Source of the DNA: Mobula hypostoma
Taxonomy: Eukaryota
DNA length: 64,000 bases
Reading direction: 5' to 3'
Assembly (NCBI RefSeq): GCF_963921235.1
Contig: NC_086118.1
Coordinates: 22,446,001 to 22,510,000, forward strand
The position numbers and the translations under genes were made by a program. Shown piece after piece: positions 25,331 through 37,657 of this stretch. The notes beneath the pieces were generated by a model. That model saw nothing but the letters and a program-made list of their open reading frames with translations, had not been told where the DNA came from and did no database searches. Every line of letters begins with the position of its first letter. The first letter of the stretch is position 1.

Positions 25331-27854
25331 TGCCTTTAATCATCCTTAGTTGACCATTGTTTTAACGTTTCTCATTAATAGCACCTTCTCTCTTGTCAAA
25401 ACTGATCAAACAAACATCAGGACTCCAACAGGATGGGAGCCAGATGAAAAGGTGATCTAAAGGAATAAATGATCTCACAAGGTCCCCAGCCTATTGTACA
25501 AAGGTGGGTGGTCATAAAATTAGATCGTACTTAGAAATTGGCAATAAAGATAACATACAATCCCTTTCAATGTACTGTCAATATTTTAATTATAATATAA
25601 TGTTAACTTTGTTTCCAATCAGTGCACTGGTATTATCTAAAATTTAAACTTCTGTTTAATAGAATTAAACTTTTTTTTATCCATAATGTGTTTCTTCTGT
25701 TGGGGAGTAGTAACATAAAGGATCAGTGTTAGGCTTTGATCTAATCCCTTGAGAATCAGTAATGATTGAAAATACATTTTGTACAGTACTGTAACCTTCA
25801 CCACTCATTAGTTCAATTGTATTTGTTTTCCAGTAGGAACTATGAAGAATTAAGCCTCACATCAAAAGGTGGTTCAAGGTTAGAACACTAAATAAAAAGA
25901 TGCGGGGCCTTTTCTTGCTTGCAATCATTTACGCTCACCATGAAGTTTTAGATTACAATTACCATGAGTCACAATTCATCACTTTTAATGTATAGATCAC
26001 TCTCAAGCATTTGGCTTGCTTTAACACTGGAAAAATTATCCAGCATCTATTTTCCCAAATAACTTTAATATTAATTATTTTGTCTAACTTGAGTTCTTCA
26101 TGAAATGTCAGCATATTACCCAGATATTGTTTACGCCAGCTTATAATCAGACTTCCATTGCTGAAGCCATTCCAGTGCATGTCAAAATGATATATTATTT
26201 TCTGTACAAGGTGCCCTGCTTCACTTTTACATTTACTATGAACTCAATGAGTTCTTCTTTTCATTTAGATTTCAATCTTTCTCCATTAGGAGCTCTAGTA
26301 CAATATTAATGCAAGCAGTATTTTAATAGTTGAAAGAGTTCTTTCTGAGTTCCTGCTGAATGACTAAGCTACAGTGAGTCTTGCCAATGGTTACTTTTCT
26401 GTGTGTTTATCTTTAGTCTTAGATTTTACACCTTAAGATGAATGACTGCTAGATTCCCTCAATGACAGCATTTCACCTTCCACTCCTTATTGTTTGATTC
26501 GATGTGTCATCAGAGTGGGGACAGATGAATTTCTTATGACAATTCTCAGCTGTAGTTGAAATTTAACAAACCATAAGAACATGTTATATTAAATGTCAGA
26601 TTAAGCATTATGAGGTAATTTTATATATTAGTGAGGTATGTTGAATGTCTCCTTTGTCCAACTGCCACTCAACTAATTTAAAAACAACATCAGTGTCATG
26701 ACCATCAGGGTCAAATGTTCATCTCTGTAAAAAAGTCTGTGCACTGACATAATAGAACCCTATTCATAACCAGAAACTTAAATTAGCATCCATCCGTTCC
26801 ACTTTCTGGTTTTATGAAGGTATTTTTTAAAGAAATACAAGTCAAAACCCATGCTAAAGTGGATGATTTCACTTTTCTGAATGCCATGAAATTCTCACCA
26901 CTTCTTCCCTATCATTTTTTTCACAAGTTAGTTTCTCATCTGGTATTAACTTATCTTCAAACTGGATATACCTCTCTCTACCCCCTCAGTTACGTCTTTG
27001 CTATAGAATGAACAGTTGAAACCTGAGGACTGATCTATATGATAAATAGAAAATACTTCTTTCACAGACTTGCCATTTCCTTGTTCTGTAACTAAATTGA
27101 TCTTTTCAGTTTGTGTAAACAACCCATATTTTAATGGCTCTATTCTCTTAATTTTTAAGCCTGTAATAACTCTTTCAGACTGTTTCATATTTTCTAGTGA
27201 CTAACTCATATTCTCATTTCTTCTTCATGGCTATTCTTTTGCTGATTTAAAAAAAATATTCTCCTTATACTCACTCCTGCCACTATTTTTGACAAGATTT
27301 TGCTTCTACTAATCTAATATTACTCTTACCTTATCTAACTTCCATGAAAATATTACAATTTCCATGGAGTCTTCATTCAAGCATTATAAGTAATTCCCCC
27401 ATCTCATGTTGATCATCACGTCATTAAATTCAGTTATTAATTTTCTTCTCAAACCTCAGTTTATGTCTTTGTTTAAATTTATAGTCTAATTTCTGGACTC
27501 AACCCCATAATTCTCACTTATACTGTAATAAGAAAGTCTATCACACTAACATCATTATTCCTTGGAGCATTTTTTACTGAGGCTACTAATTAAACCCTTG
27601 TATTAGTACATGATGTAAAATAACTTGTATCAGATTGGGTTCTTATGTATTGTTCAAGAAACTATCTCATCCTATGAAAAGTATCTAAAACAATTTCATG
27701 GACCCACCTTCTAAGTAGTGTGTTTGATGAATCAAATCTCACATGATTAGGGAAGATCACATTGTTATTTTCAGCAGTACTTTTTGTCCTGTGTTACTTG
27801 TTGTGCCAGCAATACATTGTCTGTACCCTGATTTTCTTGGCTAACATTTTTCCA

Positions 27855-29677
27855 AAGCTCAGAGTAAAATTTATTATCAGAGTAAATTTACAACCCTGAG
27901 ATTATTTTCCCTGTTGGCATACTCAGCAAATCTATTGAACAATAACTGCAAACAGAATCAATGAACAACAAGCTGTGCAAATGCAAATATAAATAAATAG
28001 CAATAAATAATCAGAGCATGAAATAACAAGGTAAAGAGTCCTTAAAGTGAGACGTTGGTTGAGGGAACACCAGAGTTAGAATGAGTGTAGTTATCCTCTT
28101 TTGTTCAAAAGCCTGATGGTTCAGGGGTAGTACCTTTTCTTGAACCTGGTGGTACGACCCCTGAAGCACTTGTACCTTCTGCCTAATGGCAGTAGCGAGA
28201 AAAGAGCTTGGCTTGGGTGGTGAGAAACTTTAATGATGGATCCTGCTTTTCTACAGCGATGTTTCATGTAGTTGTGCTCAATGGTTGGGGTGGCTTTACC
28301 CGTAATGTACTGGGCCGTATCCATTACCTTTTGTAGGATTTTCCGCCCAAAGCATTAGTGTTCCGATACCAGGCTGTCATGCAGCCAACCAATACACTTT
28401 CCACCACACACCTATAGACGTTTGTCGTTATATTTGATGACATGCCGAATATCTGCACACACCTGTGGAAGTAGAGGTCCTGGCGTGCTTTCTTTGCAAC
28501 TACATTTATGTATATAGTGTGCAGAGGACAGGTCCTCTGAGAGTGTGACACCCAGGAATTTAAAGTTACTGACCCTCTCCACCTCTTATCCTCCGATGAT
28601 TACTGGCTCATGGACCTCTGGTTTCCCTCCCCTGAAGTCTACAATCAGGTCTTTGGTCTTGCTGACATTGAGTGAGAGGTTGTCGTTATGACACCCCTCA
28701 GCCAAATTTTCAAGCTCCCTCCTGTTTGCTGATTCATCACCACCTTCATGCTGTTTGCTTACATCACCAAGACTACAGTTCTTTGCGGGAATGGGACCCA
28801 CTCTCGGGGTTCCATAACTGACCGTTGTTCGGCACGCCAAAGGCTTGACCTAAGAGTCCAGCCTGAATTTGGAAGCCTAGGATCTTGGGGCTCTGGAGAC
28901 GGGCGGATCGAGGGTCGGTGTCACAGCAGGAGACCCGTATGTCATCGGGAGAGTTGGGATATCTGCTGTGTGCCCGGAGACCCAGGCTCTTTGTGATCTT
29001 CAGGCACAGAGCTTGAAAAATGCAACGTAATGGACTTTTAACGTCATAAACCAGCGAGTTGCTTGTTATGTCTCCCTGCTTGCTGGGAAAATGGAGACAC
29101 CTCTTTCTCCCTTATTAGGGAGAGAGAGAGAACCTGCGGTATGTCGAATACCAGGTGAAACGCGAAGTCCTTGAGGTAACTGCAAGTCTGTGTCTTTGCT
29201 ATTGCTTTGCTCATGCTTGAGTGCTCGGTGGCTGTGCTGATGCTTTTTTTTGCCGGTGGGGGTAGGGGGGAGCTGGGGGGGGCGACTTCGGGGTTCTAAC
29301 ATTTAACTGTCCTTCATTCTTTGGGGCATTCCTCTGTTTTCATGGATAGCTGTGAAGAAAAGGCATTTCAGGATGTATATTGTATACATTTCTCTGACAT
29401 TAAATTGTACCTTTGAACCTGTGACAACAATGATGTCATCAGCAAACTTGTACATGGTGTTGGAGCTGTACTTAACCGCACAGTCATAGGTGTACAGCGA
29501 ATAGAACACTCTTGCCTGGGTGCACCTGGCTGGATGGAGATTGTGGAGGAGATGTTTTTGCCAATCCAAACTGACTGGGATATGCAAGTGAAGAAACCTA
29601 GGATCCAATTGGACAAATGGGCATTGAGTCCCAGGTCTTGGAGTTTACTGATTAGTGTGAGGGGTTTGATTTAGTAT
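27855..29677 (-). mobile_element. Rex1/Babar-clade LINE, 5'-truncated, pseudogenised
   Basis: YSLYTYDC...YKFADD (29303..29608); LSLNVSKTKDLIVDFR; YRCVVESVL..CMTAWY; FSLLPLGRRYK..TTRFK. Interrupted by ~28765-29421. Confidence 0.9.
28765..29421 (+). mobile_element. Non-coding retroposon with Rex1-type 3' terminus, inserted antisense in the Rex1 copy
   Basis: CpG-rich ~650-bp block with no RT similarity, ending ttcaggatgtatattgtatacatttctctgacattaaattgtacctttgaacc; Rex1 RT resumes on both sides. 5' boundary approximate. Confidence 0.65.
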
Positions 29678-29681
29678 CTTG

Positions 29682-30266
29682 TGTAGGGTTCTCAGTAATA
29701 TTAACTGTAATGTTAATTGTTAACTGCTAATAATAAAATGGCTTCTCTGTAATGTTAACTGACGAGGTAATATTCTTTGTAGCTGAAATGTTTGGGTTAT
29801 AATTATAGATAACAGGGAACTAACCAATGGAAGCCATGTTACTCTATCTGTATGTGTGGGAACCTGAGTGAGTGCGTGGGAATTTGGTGAGGAGAGGCAA
29901 AGAGGAGGGACGTGTGGGACACGCTCTGGTAGACCACGGTGGCTGGTCCCAGTCAGAGGGTCGAGGAGTTCAGAGGAGATCGAATGCCTCTGTTTCTTGA
30001 GCTGCAATGATTGTGCACAAATTGATTAACTCCGATATGTGTGGCGCCTTTTTCTTTTCTATTTGTTTCTCTACTAACCACATAGTCACAGTAAGATTTA
30101 TAAAGTGTAATCATTTAATGGTGCATTGTGTACTGCCTGATGTTTTACATTGTCTGGTTTGTACTGGGATGCATTACACAGCATCTAAGCAAATGTGAGA
30201 CACAGTTTAGCGGGCAGACAGCGGTTTCCCCTAGACAAACGGGAGTTGATAAAGCTATGTGTTACA
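29682..30266 (+). mobile_element. Solo LTR (585 bp)
   Basis: tgtaggg...gtgttaca termini; perfect 4-bp TSD cttg (29678-81, 30267-70); CCAAT box at ~29824. Confidence 0.78.
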
Positions 30267-30439
30267 CTTGTTTTTTTTCATCCTTATTTTGTAGCTTTCC
30301 ATGTTCTTTCCCTTTCTGTGGCACTTTCTGAAAGATATATTCTTTATTAATTTCAATCATCTGACAAATATATTCCATTTGCAGTTTTTAGTATCAAATC
30401 AATTTACTTCTATTTGTACTGTTCAAGGTCATATATAGA

Positions 30440-30860
30440 GCACACAATATAGAACAAGTACAGCGAGGGAATGGTGTGCGAAACCATCTAAAAAGTAAAT
30501 TCTTAAAAAACCCAAAAACTAATCCTTCCTACCTACAAAATGTCCATATTCTGCCATTTTCCTCATATTCATGTGTCTATCCAAAAGTCTCTTAAAAGCC
30601 TCTAATGTATTTGCCTCGATCACCATACCAGGTAGCGCACTCCAGGCATCCAACATTTTCTGAGTGAAAAATTTACCCCTCACATCCCCTTTGAACCTAC
30701 ACCCTCTCACCATCACTAGATGCCCTTTGGTATTAGACATTTCTACCCTGGGAAAAGATACTCTCCATCTGCTCAATCTATGCCTCACATAATCTTATAA
30801 ACCTCAATTAGATAGTCCCTCGGCCTCTGCCGCTCCAGAGAAAACAGCCCAATTAGATCT
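30440..30860 (-). mobile_element. CR1 3' fragment
   Basis: ORF 30519..30788: FPRVEMSNTKGH..FKGDVRGKFFTQK..AWSALP..FKRLLDRHM. Confidence 0.85.
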
Positions 30861-31979
30861 AATTAGATCTTTTTCTCTCTCTCTTACTATCTGGAGCTTT
30901 TTTCCCCAACAATGTGTTACAATCCTAATTTGAAAATAAAGTAAAACATGAAACCACTGCTGCTGTAGCATGTTGTTGATCAGAAAGAACTACTGCCTAC
31001 AAACCAGTTAATTCAAATGGATCAGGGACAGTAGAAGAAGACAAACCAATTGTCTTTGTTCTTGCCATGTGCTTGAAGGAATGGAGGCTGCCATTTTGAG
31101 GTGTCGCTCTGCATTCTCCCTTTTGAGAAATGAAGTTGTTTGGCTTGATCAGTCTTCTAAAGTAGACACAATGATACTCCAGGTAATCTGCTGGACTAGA
31201 GATCATTTCCAAATAAGAAGTTATTTGTCGGGTGTTCTTTGATATAATATAACATGCAAGTTCGTGAATGGTGTGGTCTGTGTGTGCCTTGAGTGATTTG
31301 AGGTGTTACTGGTTTGATAACTGATTTAGAATGAAAATCCATAAATTGCCAATTGTCTCTTGTGGAAGAAAGGCAATAAATGGATGTTGGCTTGGACCAG
31401 AGCCAATAAGAAGGTGTTAAATGTCAGTCTGATGACCCATAGCCACGATGACCCATACTGAAATGCAACATTTAAACTGGTAAGAAATGAATATAAAAGC
31501 AGGTGCTTTGTGTGCACTAGCAGCGATAATTCTCTCCAGAGACCCGCCAATACAGATGTGGAGTACTCTATGGACATGTGGAGATGAGCAGATCCATGAG
31601 GAACACATGGCTAGCATAGACTACTTTTAGTGGTATTACTTTTCTATTCTTTGACTGCTCATGGAGGGTCAACTTAGTAAGTATGCACACAGGTATTTGG
31701 CTGTGTAAATTCACATGTTTTTCCGTGAGACAATACAAGTACTCGTCTGTAATTACAGATTCATTCAGTGCCTTTCTGATAATAATTACTAAGGGGTCGA
31801 TCCTTGAAGCAATGTATTTAAGATGTTGTATCTTAAGCATTGTTATTATATTACTAAAATCCTTAGAACAAAGTGTATCCCAAAAGTAATGTTCATCCCA
31901 TGTTTGAGCTTTGTCATGGACAATATTCCATCCACATGCAGCATGCCATCCTGCCTAGCAATGTTGTGTAAGTTTTTTT

Positions 31980-32425
31980 TTGTCTCTGAATGAAGTCAAT
32001 ATGCATTCAAAGCCCACCCAAGGACTTGAACACAAATTCCAGACAACCAGTCCCCTGCAGTTATGATGGAGTGCTGTTTTTGTTGAAAATTCTGACGTTT
32101 GATGAGATGAGGGCAAAAGGAAATTGCATGCTTTAAATAAAACATGAGAGTATTTAGCAGTGTCATGATCAATATTTATCCCTCAACTGATATTGGGATA
32201 AGCATTGACCACGACACTGCAAAAACCGCTCCTGCTTTGCGATAATGACTAACTAATAAGACAATTAGTTGACCTTTATCTCAAGTCTATTTGAAGTAAC
32301 TTAGTACATTTTGACTGCAAGCAGCTGTATGTTGTGCTTCTATTTTCCACACGAATTACATTTAAACGTTTACACCATTAGATTTAAAGTGCTTTCTGGT
32401 GACTTCAAGTCATGAAAAGATTCAC
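31980..32425 (+). mobile_element. DeuSINE-like relic, near full length
   Basis: ttcaaagcccacccaaggacttgaacacaaattccag...atggagtgctg...caatatttatccctcaac...taaagtgcttt...catgaaaag follows the SacSINE1/AmnSINE layout as I recall it. Confidence 0.55.
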
Positions 32426-34646
32426 TCAAGTTTTTTCACTAATACTTGTTTTATTTGGAATGGTAAACTTAACCTAAAGCTGCACGCAACATGATCAAAA
32501 GTATTAATGTTCAGTATGTTCTTAGCAAAATTGAAATGGTCTGCCTAATATAATGTGCAATACAGTATATAACCCACTGGGTTAAAAGAAACATTTTTTA
32601 TATCATCAACATTCAAATGGAACCCTTATACAGTAGAGAGCTATGAGCAGGCAATCTAGAACATTCTGTGCAATAATCCATGTGTTCTTGTATTTGCATA
32701 CAGTATTCATTCTACACTGTAAACCAAGAAACGTCGTGTATTTAAGAACATTTATAATGATTCAATATACTTTATACAACAGATATAAATGATTAATAAG
32801 ATGTAGGATTGATAGGCAACAGAATTCTGATAAGCAAATGGGAAAACTTACTTCAGCTGAATGTATGATTGAATCTTTTTCCAAAATAGGGCTTTAGTGA
32901 TTAAAACTGAAGTAAAAGCCAGGCAACAAAAGATGTCTTCTCAGTCATTGTACCAGAATAAGCTTTCAGTTAACGTACTTCGAAGACCAGAGAGTTATGA
33001 AATTCAATGCAATGCAAACAAGAATTCTTTCTCCTTGGTGTGGTGAGGCGCAAAGATTTCTGAAACCTTTTACATGCCTGTAGGAATCGATAAAATGTTC
33101 AAATGGTTTGTTGCATTAGAGTTGTAATGTTATTGAGCCGTAACTGCCCCAAGCATTGAAAGTACATTCAGACCAAACATTAACTATTATAGCACATGAA
33201 TGGCAAATTAAGAATAATATTCAGATGTTAAGTAACAACTCATGAACACATAAATGGGCAAAATCCATTGTCCCTTCAATAAACCATATGGCAGTCCCAT
33301 GGCCTGCAGACAGTCTGCCTCTCCATACTTCATTTTCACTGTAGTTACTTGAACTCAAGTAAAAATTCAACAAAAATAAATTGCATTCTGTTCAAGTTCT
33401 TCCTTTTCTTCAGGAAATGAAACCGATGAAGCAAATCTTTCATCTTTCATCTCTTTATCTGTTTGTCCACCTATCATCAAGGCACCAAATCACAAATGGA
33501 TATCGTGATTGCAGACAATAAATGCTTCCAGTTAAATAGCAGCAAAGCAAAAAGACTGCTTAGATATCCACCTGGAATTATTCTAGAGAATAGACCTATA
33601 AGTCTGACACACATTCATTGTCTTTCCAGGTACAGTTTTTAATTTATCTGGCTCTGGAAGTTATTTGTTTGACTTTGGAAGTCCTTTGCTACTGCAGAAT
33701 GCGATATATATATTTGATCTGAGTTCTAGTCAATTCCTGATGTGAAATTAAATACATCTTATATATGTCACCGTGTAATCTTTTCTTTATTTGTTGAATT
33801 TGATGTAAGGAAATACAATGTGGAAGATTTTAGAAGATTGACACTTTCACCTGTCAAGTGATCAGATGCATATTCGTCTTTTCACTGAAGTGCTATATGT
33901 TATACTGGTATATTTCTAGTCAAAATTAATGGCAGAAGGCACCTCTCTAATTTCAGTAAGTGAGTGCTTATCCATATACTCTCATGGCAGGAGAGATCCT
34001 CAGCTAAAAACAGCAGCAGCGTCCAGCAATTACTAGTCCTGTGCTGACAACTGGTCTCGATATCAGTTTAACTGCAGATTATTTACTGTATCACTTTGTC
34101 AAGTTATTGATCTATTCGTAAGCAAAAATTAAGTTTGCTGAAACATTTAATACCCTGATTACAACATAAAGGAATATTATTTATGAATAAATTCAAAGTT
34201 GTACATTTCTTGAGTTGGCAGCACCATTAGAATGGGAAGAAGCCATTCTGTCCCTCTGCTCTGTCCTAACTCTTAAGTGAATCAAGGTTGATGCCTTGCA
34301 TTACCTCATTTTACTGTCATAATGAATTGATCTGTGTGGACTTAATGCAAGACAAGTTTTTCATTGGAATAAGGGAGATGAACTAGCTATACGGTTGCAG
34401 ATTGGCAGGTGTGTTGTTGTAGTGTTCACTGAATCATAGCTGAAATATTTTATAGCTGGGAGCCTAATATCCAAGGATATACATTGTATTGAAAGGACAA
34501 GCAGGAAGGCAGAGGGAGTGGAGTTGCTCTGTTCGTAAAAAGTGAAGTCAAATCTTTAGAAAGAGGTGACATCAGATGGTGTTGAATCATTGCAGATAGA
34601 GCTAAGGAAGTGCAAGGGTAAAAAGATCCTGATTGGAGTTATATAC

Positions 34647-35530
34647 TGTGACAAGAATACACATAGATTAAGATGTTAGCTGGCCTGCGCTGGCACCAGT
34701 GGGATCAGCAGTTGGTCTGCCACCTGTCTTCAGGAGAAAGAGAGATAAGGAAAACAATGGAGCAGTATTTGGAGATGTTAATGAAGGGACGGGAGAGTTT
34801 AACGGAAGGAGAGCTGTCAAGATCAAAGCTGTTTGAAGTGATGGACAGGCGATCCCCCAGCAGGGGGATAAAAAGGGACAGGTTCACTAAGGCAAGACAC
34901 ACACGACACCACGAGGTAACGAGACCCTGGAAGCGCTGCGCCTCCCATAAGTCGGTGGGAAGTTTTGGAAGGCTGGTCGCGGGACCAAGCCATAGACACA
35001 CAGGGTGGAAAGGCACAATCGGCGGGAACCTGGTGTGTGTCCACCCTTGCCTGGGTGCCAGGTTCACCGCAGAGAAACGATCGTATCTGGAAACGGAGGG
35101 GTCACGGTCGGTGACCTCAGAAGACATCACAAAGGGCTCGCCCGAAAGCTGACTGTGAAGAATATCAAAGGTCTGTGTGGAAGCCGTTTGAATATTCATT
35201 CGTTTTGCTCTCTCTCTCCTTCCCCCCCACCGTCCATCTCCCATGGCAGTGATTACTGCGAACTGAACTGAATTCAATTGAACTGAACTTTGCGTCACTT
35301 TGAAACTGGTCATTTACCCCTAGACGATGATAGAGCTTGATTGATCCTGTTATCCTAATTCTGTGTACATGTGTGTTTATCATTGCTGAACTGTTGCATT
35401 TATTATCCGTTTGATTAGAGTACTGTGTTGCTTGTTTCTTTAATAAAACTTTCTTAGTTCTAATAATCCAGACTCCAACTGAGTGATCCATTTCTGCTGG
35501 TTTGGCAACCCAGTTACGGGGTACGTAACA
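34647..35530 (+). mobile_element. Solo LTR (884 bp)
   Basis: tgtgaca...cgtaaca termini; perfect TSD atac (34643-46, 35531-34); TATA-like gataaaaag ~34867; AATAAA ~35442. Confidence 0.9.
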
Positions 35531-35977
35531 ATACAGACTCCTAAACAATAGTAAATTTATTGTCTACAATTTACAACAAGAGATAGAAAATGCATGCCAA
35601 AAGGGCAATTTTACAACAGTCATGGGGGACTTCAATATGCAGATAGATTTTGGATAACCAGGGTGGTACTGGATTCCAGGAGGGGGAATTTCTAGAGTGC
35701 CTATGAGATGGCTTTTTAGAGCAACTCATGGTTCAGCCCGCTAGATGATCAGCTATTCTGGATTGGCTGTTCTGCGATGAACCAGAACTGATTAGAAACC
35801 TGAAGGTAAAAGAACCCTTAGAGGAAAGTGATCATAATACAACCAAATTCACCCTGAAATTTTAGAAGGAAAAGCTAAGGTCAGATGTATCAGTATGACA
35901 GTGGAGTAGAGGGAATTACAGAGGTATGAGAGAGCAGGAGGAACTCAGCAGATCGGGCAGCATCAGTGGATATGATG

Positions 35978-36013
35978 AGTCGACGTTTCGGGTTGGAACC
36001 ATTCATCAGGACT
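35978..36013 (-). ncRNA. Minimal type I hammerhead ribozyme motif (inverted copy)
   Basis: Minus strand AGTC-CTGATGA-A-TGG-TTCCAA-CCC-GAAA-CG-TC-GACT; GUC triplet; one stem II mismatch. Confidence 0.65.
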
Positions 36014-36068
36014 GAACAAAGAAGGGGGGGGGGAAGGATTTGAAGAATGCTTGTAGGTTCAGTTGAAA

Positions 36069-37238
36069 GATGTAGCTATGGGAACTCGCATGGGACCCAG
36101 CTACGCCTGCCACTTCGTTGGTTATGTAAAACAGTCTGTGCTCCAAACCTATTCTGGTACTGCTCCCCAACTTTTCCTTCGGTGCATTGACGACTACATT
36201 GGTGCTGCTTCCTGCACCCATGCTGAGCTCATCAATTTCATCGACTTTACTTCAAACTTCCACCCAGCCCTCAGATTCACTTGGTCTATCTCGGACACTT
36301 CTCTCCCCTTTCTCGATGTCTCGGTCTCCATCTCTGGAGACAGACTGTCCACTGACATCCTCTACAAGCCCACTGACTCTCATAACTACCTCGACTATCC
36401 CTCTTCCCATCCCGCCACATGCAAAAATGCCATTCCCTATTCCCAGTTCCTCTGTCTCTGCCGCATCTGCTCCGAGGATGAGGCTTTCCGTTCCAGGACA
36501 TCTCAAATGTCCTCTTTCTTTAAGGATCGTGGTTTCCCTTCTGCTGTCATCAATGATGCCCTCACCTGCGTCTCCTCCATTTCCCGCACTTCGGCCCTCA
36601 CCCTATCCTCCCGCAACCACAACAGAGACAGAGTTCCCCTTGTCCTTACCTACCACCCCACCAGCCTCCGGATCCAGCACATTATCCTCCGCAACTTCCA
36701 CCACCTTCAACAGGACCCCACAACTAAGCACATCCTTCCCTCTCCACCCCTCTCCGCTTTCCGCAGGGATCTGTCCCTCCGCGACTCCCTTATCCGCACA
36801 TCCATCCCCACAGATCTCCCACACGGCACTTATCCCTGTATGTGTAATTACTACACCTGTCGCTACACCTCCTCTCTTACCACCATTCAGGGCCCCAAAC
36901 AGTCCTTCCGGGTGAGGTAACACTTCACTTGTGAGTCTGTTGGGGTCATCTATTACATCCGGTGCTCCCAGTGCGGCCTTCTCTACATCGATGAGACCCG
37001 ACGCAGATTGGGGGACCGCTTCGTCGAGCACCTCCGCTCTGTCTGCCACAACAGACAGGATCTCCCGGTAGCCACCCACTTCAACTCTGCTTCCCATTCC
37101 CATTCAGATATATCCATACCTGGCTTCCTCTACTGCCATGATGAGGCTAAACTCAGGTTGGAGGAGCAACACCTCATATACCGTCTAGGTAGTCTCCAGC
37201 CCCTTGGTATGAACATAGAATTTTCCAACTTCCGGTAA
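36069..37238 (+). pseudogene. Penelope-type reverse transcriptase (C-terminal part) plus GIY-YIG endonuclease
   Basis: VAMGTRMGPSYA, LRCIDDY, LPFLDV, YKPTDSHNYL. One in-frame TAA (36918-20); the same frame continues GVIYYIRCSQCGLLYIDETRRRLGDRFVEH...LEEQHLI...QPLGMN. Confidence 0.92.
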
Positions 37239-37456
37239 TTCCCTCCCCCTCCCTTCCTCTATCCCTATTTCATTCTGCCCCCTCCCCCAGCTGCCTATCA
37301 CTTCCCTCATGGTTCCGCCTCCTTCTTCTACTACCCATTGTTTTCCTGCCTATGACGTCCCTGCTTCCCCTCCCCCACCCCTTTGTCTTTCATATTACTG
37401 GTTTTTCAACTGAACCTACAAGCATTCTTCAAATCCTCCCCCCAACTTCTTTGTTC

Positions 37457-37492
37457 AGTCCTGACGAAGGGTTCCGGCCCGAAATATCGACT
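37457..37492 (+). ncRNA. Minimal type I hammerhead ribozyme motif
   Basis: AGTC-CTGACGA-A-GGG-TTCCGG-CCC-GAAA-TA-TC-GACT: stem I AGTC/GACT, CUGANGA and GAAA boxes, stem II GGG/CCC, NUH triplet AUC. Confidence 0.7.
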
Positions 37493-37657
37493 CATCGTAT
37501 CCACTGATGCTGCCTGACCTGCTGAGTTCCTCCAGCGTGCTGTGAGTGTTGCTTTGATCCCAGTATCTGCAGATTGTTTTGTGTTCATGAGAGAGCTGTT
37601 GGCCAGAATTGATTGGAAAAAAAACACTGGCAGGGATGACAGCAGAACAGCAATGGA

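Larger units (their letters stand above)
35936..37586 (+). mobile_element. Penelope-like element, 5'-truncated, with inverted 5' copy of its terminal repeat
   Basis: 10-bp TSD atgagagagc (35926-35, 37587-96); inverted repeat 35937-36068 / 37404-37533; RT plus GIY-YIG coding region. Confidence 0.93.

Noticed and set aside
34673..35548. ORFs of 159, 202 and 127 aa as novel genes
   Set aside because: They lie essentially within a TSD-bounded solo LTR, overlap on both strands and show no recognisable domain.
36187..37103. 242-aa Ser/Pro/Thr-rich ORF and 166-aa antisense ORF
   Set aside because: Alternative frames of the C-rich Penelope coding strand.
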